A stretch of 64,000 nt of DNA from Gnetum montanum. Its lineage: Eukaryota; Plantae; Gnetophyta. The DNA lies in contig MNCI01002585.1 of the NCBI GenBank assembly GCA_015680685.1, forward strand, positions 452,105 through 516,104. The letters are read 5' to 3'. Below the pieces are notes generated by a model. That model searched no databases, had not been told where the DNA came from, and saw only the letters and a program-made list of their open reading frames with translations. A program made the position numbers and the translations under genes. Positions 49,440 through 62,400 of the stretch are shown piece after piece (the first letter of the stretch is position 1; each line of letters begins with the position of its first letter).

Positions 49440-52400
49440 GTCATGCTGTAGAAAGTAGGCCACTCAAAACCTCACCAAAGAACAAACTTGAAGACAAGAG
49501 TAAAGTAATGAAAATTTGGAATGGATAGCACTTATGGATTTTTGAGAGCTAGTCATCATACATGATAGCATTTGAGAAAAACTCTATTAACTGGTTTAGA
49601 AAATTCTTGTTAATTTAAGTTGGTAATATTATATGCTTTGTTTCCAAAATCTTAGGTAACTTTGAAGGATACTTACTAATTAGTTGAAAGATTTTTCATT
49701 TTAGAGTAAGAAAAATGATGAAGAACGAGATTACTTTCATGTATTTCCAATAGACGAGCATGAAATCATTAATATGTCTTTGATTGTGTTTGGTAGTTGC
49801 AAATGTGCTTAGTAGCTTCTTTTGATGTTCTTTAAGTAGATCAACTTGGAGGCACCTCATCTAATTGCATGCCTCTTTTGGTATCCAATCATGGAAAGCT
49901 ACTTGAAGGAAAGAGATGTTAATTTCAATGGATAACATGGATTTAGCTTCATAGGTTAGAAAAATGGACTTTTCTAGTAGTAATTTAAGAGTGGTCTGAT
50001 AAATCCAAAGAAAAGAAGACAAGACAACTAGGTATTCCATTTATTTTGGGTTTTGTCCACCATGGTTATATGAAAATGAATGAGGAGTTTATTTGTGGCT
50101 TTGGATTGATCATTTGCTTGAAGATAATATGATGATGAAAATGCTTAATGAATTTCCTATTGATAATAATCTTCTTTGTTTTTGAATTAAGGTCCATTAT
50201 TAATGATAATGGTAGAAGGAATATCAAATCTTGTAATAATATGATTAAGAAGAAGGAAACAAATAGATTTTGAAGTAGTAGAACAAAGTGGATTAGCTTC
50301 AACCTATTTTGTAAGGTACTTAGTTATAGTAAGAATAAATTTATATCTATTACTATATTTCTGTAATACTATGGAGCATAATAAGTATAGAAACAATGAG
50401 CAATAATTTGCTACTTATGGTTAGAATTATTTTAAAACCAAAAGAATCTTTGTAACGATATGAATGATTAAGAAGCTCAATGTTAAAATTGATCAAAATC
50501 TAAGGACTAGCATAAGGCAAGGGCTTTCATTGTAAAATATTTCATTTGGTCCCACATTTAATGATTAAATTTGATCTTGTAGTATATATCAAATAAAGGT
50601 CATAACTTTAAGTCATGACTTAGATAACTAAAAGCTTAAAGAGGAAACTTGCCCTAAGGAAAAGGGATCCCTAGGCCAATATTGGCCTTTCCATGTCACT
50701 CGCGAAGTTTGGAAGAAGAGGATAAGCTAATTTGATCTCATTTAAATATTAAAAAAATCATATGTTTTAAGCTTGTAAGATAAAGATGTTAAAAGAGCTT
50801 GAACTACACATGCATTTTTGGTCCATGATTGTCACATCATCATATAGATGGAACTTCACTAAGTAAGAAATTAGGAATAATGCTAGTGAAAAAGGGAGCT
50901 ATTATCTACACATATTTAAGATATTGGCTTATTTAAAAACATGTATAAAAATTATCTATTTTAAGCTCACTAGTATGAGACACATCATAGCCTATTAAAA
51001 GTAAAGGGAGGGAGTGTGTAGGTGTGCTTAGTTATATGACTACATTAGGACATGCAAGTGTTAACTAAAAGTAACCATATGATTAAAAGATGCATGTTGG
51101 ATTGGTACATGTATAGCTTAGCAAAGCGTACCATGTAGTCTATATTCTAAATATAAAAAGATAAAAGCATAGTGGATCCAACTAGCTTATTCTAAAACAT
51201 GTGACTATTTGATCCACGTTTCCACACTAGCATTAGAGGCCTAGCTCAAAGATTGGTATTGAGTTAAGGATTTAATATAGTTTGAGAAATCTTAAGGTGC
51301 AAGTTTGACACATGATGTAAAAGGAAATTATAAAAAAACTATTTTTTTTGTTCAAAAAGCTCAAGAGGTCTTCTTTCAATTTTTAGAGCTTATGATTATA
51401 GCTAAGTTAGTTTTTAAAGCACCAATGACCATGTGAGTGCTGAGGGAAAGTATCTATATGGTTAGGAAATCATATAGACAATTTCCAAGATACATGACCA
51501 AAAAGATAACAACTAAAAGATAAAGCTACAACCATAAAAAGGACTTGTCATGGTGGTGTTATATGGAAAAGCTTTAGATAAAATTTAAGCATAGTAGAAC
51601 TAACTTTGAAAGCCATATTGTATAGCTAGAAAGAAAAATATAAATAGAAGAAAAACTAACATTAATTCTTTGTGTCATGTTAGAGCCTTGTAGAAAGTAT
51701 CTAGATGAAATGCGATCATCTAGATAAAAATTAAACACATGCTAATAGGAGCTTATAATCTAGTTCAACAGTGCATTAAAAGGCCTTGGGCTCTTCATAT
51801 TTTTAATGTAAGAAAGCTAATGTGACATGATGCCTGAAAATTATTCAAATAAATCTCATAAAAATACAAGGCTTCTTAGCTAGTCACACTATCATTTAAA
51901 TGCTTTAAGATTAAAAGCTTAATACAACCAAATATTGATCACAGGTTTAAGTCATAAATTTGAAAGAATAATGACATTATGTAGATGATAATGATTTTTG
52001 ATAAACTAATTCTTAAAATAATGGCTTTCTTCCATGAACTATGATTCTAAGGATGAAGTTTGAATTTTGTAATTATTAGAAGAAAATATCTATATGATTT
52101 TGAAGCACATAAGCTTATAGTTTAACTAGTGATATGAAGAAAAAGGCTTGTTGCATTATCAAAAGAGCTAAAAGTATATATATGAAAAGTGAATCATATA
52201 GATGGAAGTTTTAAACATGTTCTTAAAAGATATTTGTAATCTAGCTCAACAACACCTCATTAAAGTAAAATCATAATAAGTTGAATTTTTCTTGAAAAAG
52301 ATACATGACTCATAAAAGATTATCCAGTCATGCTATCAAGCTTGTAATTAAGGATAAATTATCAAGTCAAAAGGCTCAAGTGGATAAAAGAAAGTATGAG

Positions 52401-53181
52401 CCATGCAAGAACTAGGAAAATATCTATATAGAAAATAATATTGATAGTTTTAAAGGACATGTTCTCAAAGTCAACAATTTAAAATGAGGTTGTCATTATA
52501 GGAAAAGAGCTTGTCATAAATATATTAAGAGAAATAAAGCTTTGTATAAAAGGACCAAATAGAACTTAAATTTTATCTTCATGACCAATGAAAGGTGCAT
52601 TGTATTAACCGATAAATAAATTAAGTAAAAATATTATGATGAAAATGGGATTAATAGGCCTGGTCCATTGTGCCACTTTAGATCATCTATATAAAAAAGG
52701 ATAGCCTCCCCACATAGATAAAGTACGTGCCATGTTAGCCACTAGAGAAACTATCTATATGAAATGAAAATTATATGGAAGAAAATAAAAACATGTGCTT
52801 TTGAAGAGCTCAGTTATAGATATAGATTGTTGATTATATCCTAAAAAGCTAGATCAACAAGAGTAAAGAGGGATAATATGAAAATAGTATCTCATAAGAT
52901 TTAGCTTATACACATGTGATTTAAAAGCTTAAGATGAGTTTTTGTCCTCCTCAATTCATAGACCAACATGTTAGTATATAAAATAAGGCTTTATAAAGGC
53001 ATCATAATTTATTATGGCTATCATTACATAAGGCCATGTCAATATTTAGATTATTTGTCTAGATGAAACAATCCATCTATATAAATATATAAACACATTT
53101 TTTTAGAAATCACTCACATCTTAGTCCATCTTATGATTTATAAGAGCCTATTCAATATAAAAGAGAAAAAGAAAACTTGAG
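49440..53181 (+). mobile_element. Extremely decayed Gypsy-like remnants with a PPT-short LTR-PBS(Met) junction
   Basis: GPF-like integrase C-terminus at ~50670-50730; AAAGGGAGGGAG-TG at 51003-51016; TGGTATTGAG at 51254-51263. Confidence 0.35.
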
Positions 53182-53419
53182 CATAATAGCTAAAAAATTT
53201 GGTGCTAGAAAATCAAAAATCTTAGCATGGAATTGTTTAACTCCAAGATCCATAGGCCTTAGAAGGATCTAAAGTGCCTTAAATGGTCTGGCTAATTGCT
53301 TAAGGACTTAGGGGGGTCTGTTACCAAATGATGGAAATAAAAAAAATAAGCAAAACTATATAAAAGTAAAAAATTCAACGTTGATACTGGAATAGAGAAA
53401 ATATGAAATAAAATGACAT

Positions 53420-54605
53420 TGTAGCTAATGAAACACTATGTTAAAGGTCCTACAATGGCATATTATTAGTATGATTTGATAAAGTAGAAGCCCATACAGT
53501 TCTTGAACAAACTAGAGACATGATCACAAAGATTAGATGAATAGGATACTATTGGTCCAACATGGAAAGTGACTACCTATAGAAGGTTAAGAATTCTGAC
53601 ATTTGTTAATGATACAACAACCTAATACATGTACCACCAATTAAGTTACATACTACTAAGATCACATGGCTATTCCAATGATGGGAACTTGATAATGATA
53701 CAACAACCTAATACATGTACCACCAATTAAGTTACACACTACTAAGATCACATGGCTATTCCAATGATGGGAACTTGATATAATTGGACTAATAACCCCT
53801 AAATCCTCTATAAGGCATAGGTTCATCGTCACCATAATTGAGTACTTTACAAAGTGATTAAAGCCATCTCTTTGAGAAAAATAACAATACAAGTATGTAA
53901 ATTTATCTTAGATAACACTGTACCCTATTTTGGCCTACCTTTAACAATCATCATAGAAATCGATCACATTTTAGTAGCCAAGAGATACAAACCTTTTTTC
54001 GACAATTAAACATTAAGCATTCCTTTTCATCACCCTATTATGCATAAGTCAATGGCCAAGCTGAAGTTAGTAACAAGTGCATCATAAAACTCCTAATGAA
54101 AATGCTAAGTAATGGCAAATGTAAATGGCATGAAAAACTCTTGTATGCACTTTGGGCCTATAGGAAAACATTTATAACCAAAATTGGTGCCACCATGTAT
54201 ATCCTAGTTTATGAATCTAAAGTTAGTTGGCCTCTTGAATTGCAAGTTCCATCCTTAAGGATAGCTTTTTTTGACTTCATCAATGATGAGTAGAACAATG
54301 CTTTGCATATCATTGACCTTAATTCAGTGGAGGAATAGTAAATACAATTTCTTTTCAACATCAAGCAATATTAATACAAGTAAAAATGACAACATCATGA
54401 CAATCTAAATAGGTGGAAAGTCAAGGAAGGAGACCTTGTCCTCAAGGCCATTCATGAACATATGAACGAATTCTTGGCCAATTGGGAAGGATCTTTATTG
54501 GTCACCAAAGCTTATGGAAATGGAGCATTAACACTGGTGGATATGGATGGGAATGAATTAACCAATTCAATTAACAATTCCTATCTTAAACCTTATTATT
54601 TCTAA
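53420..54605 (+). pseudogene. Integrase remnant of copy 3, with an 86-bp tandem duplication at ~53608-53783
   Basis: GYYWSNME, IEYFTK, SSPYYA, WHEKLLYALWAYRKT, NWEGS, LKPYYF*. Confidence 0.9.
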
Positions 54606-55901
54606 CATTGACCTATTTTCTTGTAGCATTTGTTTGACTTTGTTTGCAGTTTTGGATGAATGATTGACATCAACAATCTTAGTAGCCTACAACAAGTAAG
54701 CTTGCATGATCTTCTACCTCTATTTGTCATTTTAAAATACTATAAAATTTGCATAAATTTATTAAACAAGATACATTATTATCATGTTGTACCAATTGTA
54801 ATCTATGCTAGCCTATATTTATTACTTCATGTAATCTTTTGTAAACACATGTATTCTTTGACTTATTTGATTATCCTTTTGGAATTGTGTTTACAAGATG
54901 CGCCTAAAGTCATTGCAGAGGTGTGATTCATTATAGTGGTCAGTTACTACATAATCTTGATGCATGAGATTCAATTAGATTTTTTGATCTTATCAACAGT
55001 GCTTACCTCACATCATCTTTGTTACCCCTCTTGAGCCATAACCTTGTAACCAAACTGTAGCCCTCCTTACCTTGCTAACAGTAAAGACCTATGTTTGACA
55101 TTTAAGCATCATGGCCATGTGACATCCTCAAAATGCTTCATCAATCAAGTTCATTGAATGCAACACATCTCATTTAGTGAGGAAATAGAAATTTAGCCTT
55201 GGCAATGAAGCCCAATGAAGGTTTTACTTTTAAAAAATTGAAGAAAATTCCAAGAAATCCAAGAGGCTCATGTAGCTTAAAGTTAAGCAAATCAATGGCT
55301 CTTGAACAAAAAAAGAGCTAAGTGATCAAAGAAATATATTACAAAGTGCGAGTTCTTCCAAACATCATTGAGTAACTAAAAATCCAAGGACAAAGCACAA
55401 AGATATCTTTGATCAACAAACATGTCACCATCATGCCATAACCATGATGTCAATACTTTGGGAATTCTTTCTTAGCTTATGTAATCATTCAAACAACCAA
55501 TTTGATCATTTACAAATAACCATTGTAGTCATTATTTTATCACAAATTCTTATCATCCCATTGTGACCTTATTTCACCATTATGAGTACTCCTTGGCATG
55601 ATTCGATAGTTATTGAATCAAGTATGAATAAGGAGCATTGATGATGAACTTGCAATGGTGTTTTGTATTCTTTGTTAATATTTATTGGATCAATCCTCAA
55701 AACATCAACAAAGAGGGACTAATGAAACATCTCAAGAAATTTCATGTGGTCATTAAGAAGCCTGGTAGCCAAAATCTACAATGTAATTTGATGGAAATTC
55801 AAAGGGTAGACACAATTACCATGTTTTCCCATTAGAAATCCTACCATGTGGCCTTGTTTTGGAAAACGTTTGAGCCATTTTTAATGTGTAAAAATGAAAT
55901 T

Positions 55902-56751
55902 TGTAGCCCACACCCTATGGATTCCATTTCTATTAGGGTGTGAAGGCCAAATGCTCTATACATTGTAAAAAGATTGGTCTTTTACCTTACACACTACATA
56001 TTCTAGTCCCATAAGCTATGGTAGCATGTGGGGCAGTGTGTGGCACATGGGTCCTTGACCCATATGCAACACTTTTAATCCAAAACACCATGTAATGCTT
56101 CAATGAGTGTATAGAACTATAACGGATGCCAACATAGTAAATTTGAGACCTATTTATACTAGATCAAACATCATTTTTGGGGATCTTTTGGCAAAAAGTA
56201 TTAGGGCATATATTGCAAAGAGATTACTTGATAGCAATAGAGCCTTCTTTTCAAGAAAGAAGACATTCTAGAAGCCTTTTCATAGCCTTTTTAGCATAGA
56301 TCACTAGAGTAGCAAACCTTATAGCAACATTTACTATAGTGTAGATCAAATTAGAAGATTGGTGTCAATCCAGTATAGAACATACCCTACATCCTGCACT
56401 AGACTTTAAAGATATTATGTATTATTGGTCTATAAAAGCCCTAATATGTACAAATAGAAACCTATTTTAGAATTATGTTTTGTAGTATTTAATATAAAGT
56501 TTGTAGTTTCTTTTGTTAGTCATATGGTTTCATTCTTCTATTCTAGTATCAATATTGGATTTTTTTCATTCATATATTTGTGCTCATTTTTGTTAATTTT
56601 CATCATTCAATAATAGACCCCCTAAGTCCTTAAGTGATCAGCCAAAACATTTCAGGCACCCTAGATCCTTCCAAGGCCTATGGATCTTGAAGTTAAACTA
56701 TTCCATGCTAAGATTTTTAGTTTTCCAACACTGAATTTTTCAGTTGTTACA
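55902..56751 (+). repeat. 3' LTR of copy 3 (approximate start)
   Basis: TGTAGCCC...GTTACA; the U5 end resembles the LTR end of copy 1. Confidence 0.6.
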
Positions 56752-58618
56752 TTGAGTGATGAAACTTTGAATAGAAGAATAAAACACATGGATTGAGTAA
56801 AAAAAATGCTTTGAATTGAAGCATGAAAATAAGCTATGAAAATAATTAAAATACACTAGATTAAATAATTAAAATGCCTAACCAAGGAAAGCTAAATCCT
56901 TGCATCTCTATGTGATGAATACAAGCTCCAAAGTATTGAGCTTTGATAGGGCCTTGCTCTAGCTAAGACATTAAGAAGTGGCTCAATTAGTATGTTTTTG
57001 AATTAGTCATTAGCATAGAGAAGAAATATATGTGAATCAGATAGTTTACTTATGTATCATCATTATGTGTTAAAAACTCTAACAAATATTTAATATACAT
57101 GGTACATGTGATATAAAATAATCCATGTTATCATGGTGGGAAATTATGATATTCATAATTTTTATATATCCACATTTAAAGAATGAAATGATAAATAAGT
57201 ACACACTGCAATCCCTTGTGGGATAAGTGCATGGCTCATACATCTAATAGAATTAAAAAACACTTTCATTGTAATCTTCCAAGGACAGGTGCAATGCTAA
57301 TCTCATACACATGTGCATTGTAATCCTTAAAGGGACAAGTGTAACACTAACATACATGGGAAAATAAACAAAAGGCTTCTTAGTCACATCCTCGATGGTC
57401 CAACACCACTTCATGTAGATATAATTTCCTTGGGTAAGAAAGAATCATCATAGCTTCACATAATTAACTAATTAATTATTAATTATTAAACTAAATAATA
57501 CTAATTTTAGATAATTAATACATTAATGATATTCCATGAGGCTCATTTTTTTTGTATTTTTAGTATTGAGTACACACCAATATTTAAGAAGAAAAGGAAA
57601 AACCATGAGCTTTATTCACTATGCTAACACTTCATGTCAATAAAATGTTTTTGGGTTGTAGAAAATGTTATAATGCTCTAATAAAGTCTTGTTGCATGAT
57701 GAAATGATGACTTAAAACACACAAAAATAATAACAAAAATTCACAATTACCTAAGGGAGAAGAAAATCTTCATAGGAATGGCCAAATAAAAACTTGCAAA
57801 ATGAATGAATTCTGTGAGCTCTTTTCTTTAAGTATTTAAATTTCAAGATTGTAATTAAAGTGGTGCGGTGCCACACTAGGTGTGACAATGCATCAGGTAA
57901 GGTAATACTCAAAATATAGCATTGCACTAGTAGCAAAAAATTAACTATACCTCACTATATATTCAAAATATATCAAAACTATAGGTTATAGTGCATACTA
58001 AGACACTATTGCAACCAGCCTTACACAAAGTCACAAAATCACCACTGGATGTTTCATCATTACTTCATGATTGAATAAAGCTAGTTCTATAACTTTTAGA
58101 CATACACATACAAAATATAGGAACTTGACATGATATAAAATCAATGTGAAGAAGATACGACAAAATTGACATAGGATAGAACATAAAGTTTTCACCTTAA
58201 AAAGAATTAGGAGGTGGTGGCTATGGTGAAAAAACTTCTAGTATGACTATCATGAATTGGGTATATGTTAAATATCCAACAAAAAATAACTAGAATCTTT
58301 AGAAATGATCTTCTAGAGTTTTTGCCCTTGCTTGAAAAAATTTATTTTGCTTCCACATTAGTTCTTGCTCTCTTAGTAATGCAGGATGTTGCTTCTCACT
58401 CTCTTATTTGAATTGTTCATGATGCCTTTTTGATTACATGAGCTCATGTTAGGTGACCTCTAACTTGACTAAAGTTTTGTGTAATCTCTCCTTTAATTCA
58501 CTATGTGGACATCCTATAGAAGTATGTATCGCATGCAAGTACATTCTTCTCTCCATCTCAACATCTTCTTTAGCATCCTTGATATTATTCTAAAGGATAA
58601 CAATCTCATATTCATGTT

Positions 58619-59439
58619 TTATGAGCGGTGAAGTACCCCCTATGCTCAACCATATGAATACAAGCATCTCACGCACGATCTAGTTAAATTCCAAGGACTA
58701 AGTGCATGCGCCCTTGTGGAACAAGGACAGGTTGGTTGACCGTTGTCTTCTCAAACTTACTTGTATGTCACGATTGTATGGTTAAGTAAGCTTGAGGCAC
58801 ATGATTTTTATATCTTTTATGTTTTTGTCCTACGCTAATAGGGAAGGAGAGAGATAACTAAGTGACTAATTTAACTTAACTATTCACTAACTAGGCTTTA
58901 ATTAATCCTAACACCAGTATCCGTTCTCACTTGTCGTACACATCCTAAACCAGTGCAACATTACTGGGATTACCAAATGCTAATCATTACTGGGTTACCA
59001 AGTGTTACATGCATGCTCAAAGTGATCATACTNNNNNNNNNAGAGAGAGAGAGAGAGAGAACATTAATTAACTAAGAAAGCATTTAATAACAGTAATTAA
59101 CATTAACTAATCTATTCTGGATGTTGCAAGGTTTATCATAAAGTTCATCTTTATTGCCATACACAAGGTGTGCTCATGTACACAATGCTCGAATAAAGAT
59201 CTGTTCATTATGATTCCTACTACAGGCACATAGAAATAATCCTAACTCTGAGAGGGAGAAAAAGTAAGAGTTTGGCTAAGGGACTAATTATCCAATGCAA
59301 AACCAAGTGTGCCCGCCTCTTATTTATAGGCAAGGAGGTAGGTCTCAATATCAGGTATCTGACATCACATGGTAGGCTCCAATATCGCGGACCTGATATC
59401 ATGGATGTGATATCGTGACCCTGATATCGCAGTTCATCA
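58619..59439 (-). repeat. 3' LTR of Athila-like B
   Basis: The minus strand starts TGATGAAC after the PPT. Contains GATATCG repeats at 59345-59430, minus CCTATAAATA at ~59320-59329 and a (GA)n tract beside an N gap. Confidence 0.75.
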
Positions 59440-62400
59440 TACCCCCATGACTAAATGAATACTCGTCCTTGAGTTCCTTACAAAATATTGGGAAGGTATG
59501 GGATTATTGACTAATTGACAACTGACGGTGGAATGGGATGACAGACTCAATGTGCCCAGTGAACAGATCAATAAGCATATTACAAAATTAGTGTTCATGA
59601 CCATTGTGGTGAACACTCGTACATAAATGACATCCAAGCCTTTATTTGGTAGCTTGAAGAGAAAGAGAAAGAAAAAGAAGATGAAGCATGTTGCCGCCAA
59701 TGCCGAGATTGTGTCTTCCATTGTTTATCCATAACCATGCCACCAGACTTTCTCCTTTCAGAAATGCTCCAGAGCCAGTCTATCGTAAGTGCTTCCTCCA
59801 AGCCTAGTCCATTATTTATATGATCACCATATGCACACACAACATAGTCACAAATGAGTAAGGATAGATAAACCACAATGCAGTTGATACCTTGCCTTGA
59901 TGTGAAGCACATTGGCTAAGTTATTGTTATGGTAGAAACTAGTTTAGATATTTATCACTGGTGACTACCCAAGGTGTAGGGGTTAGACGAATAGTAGAAT
60001 GGGAAAAATTGAAAAATTTGTGCTAGGGCCCCCACAACTAAGAGTGAACCTCCAGTCACTATAAGATGGAAAAATATGAGGAACAAGAAAGATGGAAAAA
60101 ATAACAACGGAAATGCCAATAAAATGGATGCCGTGGATGGGGTGAAACAAGAAATGATTGATTGCAGGAAATGTTTAAGGGGGGGAACTTAATAATTGCA
60201 CCAAAAAGGAATGCCAGTGGATCCTCCCCAAAGCAGGCTCATGCCTTTTATTCCTTGACAAACCCACAAACCAAAGAGTCCGTAGGCTCTAGGAATGTCA
60301 TTTGGAATCAAGAGTTAAAGACTTACCCACAAGAAATCACCAAAGAAAAAATGCATCAACCTAGAAATGGGCTAATGATAAAACTAGCAATAAGGTGGAA
60401 AAATGGGAAGAAAGATGGAGAGGATAGAATGGAATGGAATCCCAAGAACAAGGTTGTGTAAAGTCCCTTGTATATTTCATGGTTAATATGACTAAGTAGA
60501 ATTCATTCCAAATCTAGACTCAAACAAATCACATCCAGTGACCTTGCATCAACGAACTTGACCAATCCATCCACTTGAAGCAACAATAATGCTTCCAGAA
60601 AGAGTCACCACCATTTTGAGTAGAGCGGGATGGAGAAGCAAGAAGTGAGAAAGGGCCTTAGGTAGAGGGAACCTTCAGGCATGGGTAACATGTCTTTCCA
60701 GTTCCATAACAAGTGCTTGTACCCCATATTGCTTTATTATGTCTAAGGGGTGTGCTTTGAATTCTCACTTCTTCTTCTTTTTTACATGAGAACCACACCA
60801 TGCAAAGACTTATTTTTATTCACTCAGCTTCCTGATATTTGAACAATGTTAGAAGGGGGGAAAACCTAAGAAAAAGCATCCAAGAACCCAAGAGAATGGC
60901 TAGCACAAATGCATCAAATCCCCTTGAAGTCACACCCTTTTCATCCTTTGAATCTTTCCTTGGTTTGAAAAATACCCGACCACCAATTTATTAACTTTTT
61001 TACTTAAAAAAAGGGGACTATACAGTTCGAAGCCAAAGGAGACCATAGAGTTGTATGGATGAGTGGATAGTGTGGACTCGTTGCCTGTTTTACCAAAAGA
61101 ACCATACCTTAATATTAGAATCATAATTCAAAGGTAAAAACCAAACATTAGCAATCAATATGATATAATTAAATCCACCATCATGAGCACTTATTGGATG
61201 CCAAATAAAAGTAAATCAAGTAAACAAAGAAATAGTAAAGATGTGAACGATGGTGTAAAAAAAATAAGAAAAGTTGGAAAAATGTGTAAAACAAAAATTC
61301 AAAAATAATTGAGGACCTAGAATGGTTAGCATAGGTGGCCATCTCCTCCATGATTGATTTGGAAGGAGGAGATTCGAAATAGTGAGCAAGGTTTTCCATA
61401 AACAAAGGTAACATGTGTATTGGTTGTCCTAAGCTCATGGAAAGGTTTGGTTTGTTGCACGTTGACCAACAGTTTCTTGTTCGGGCTCTCAGGTTTGTAT
61501 ATTGTCATGGCCCCTCAAGGAAAAGTTGCATAAATAATATAAGGTCCTTTCCATAGTATTTGAAATTTAGTACATTGTGGCACATGTGTGGGATTCTAGT
61601 ACAAAACCTTATCTCTTGGTTAATATTTAACTTTCCTAATCCTTAGGTCATGATGTTGCTTATTAAATGCCTTGTGCAATTCATTAGATGATAGGGTAGC
61701 TAGTCAGTTTTCATCTAGAAAGTTAAGTGTTACCACCCATTGTTTCTGTGCTAGATCAAGGTCAAGGTTGAGATCACATGCTATGGATAGTATATGGAGC
61801 TTAGTTTGAATGGGAAGCATTGGTAATTTACCGTACACTAACTCATAGGAAGAGTAGCCTATAGGGAGTTTCCATATGGAGCAGTATGCCCAAAGAGCAT
61901 TGTTTAGTTTAGTGCTCCAGTCTCATCTAAACTTGCTAATAGTTCTTGTCAATATTTTTGTAATCTCCCTATTGGTGACTTCGGCTTAACCATTTGCTTG
62001 GGGGTGGTATGGTGTTGTCAATTTGTGTTCAACCCCTAAGCGTTGTATTAATTTCCAAAAAGTTACACCTGTGAAGTGTGTACCATTGTCTAAAATAAGT
62101 GCATAAGGCACACCAAACATATTCCAGTTAATTTGGGATATGACCAAGTGAAGGCTTTCAACCATTTATTTATTACCTTCAGCAGTCTCTCTTTTTGTTG
62201 CAGAGCAAGCTTAGCATTGATAATTACCAATTTTCCATTTTTAAGGAACGTGTATTTCATATCGGTGGGCAATGGTTTCAGCTTGAGGGGCTCCTGCTTA
62301 AATTTCTCAAGGATTTCCAACATGCCCTAGTTGATATTTTTGAGGTTAAGACTTGGAAGTTGGGGGTGGACTTGCTCTAATGCATCTATGCTATTGATGT

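Larger units (their letters stand above)
53182..56751 (+). mobile_element. Tat-like copy 3: inverted U5 fragment + integrase + 3' region + 3' LTR, flanked by TTGAG direct repeats
   Basis: 53182-~53410 is the reverse complement of ~56525-56751. TTGAG occurs at 53177-53181 and 56752-56756. The integrase is colinear with copy 2. Confidence 0.8.

Noticed and set aside
60672-60700. Minus-strand GAAA...CTGAAGG as another hammerhead; also CTGATGA at 35611
   Set aside because: No CUGANGA-stem II-GAAA arrangement with closing stems.
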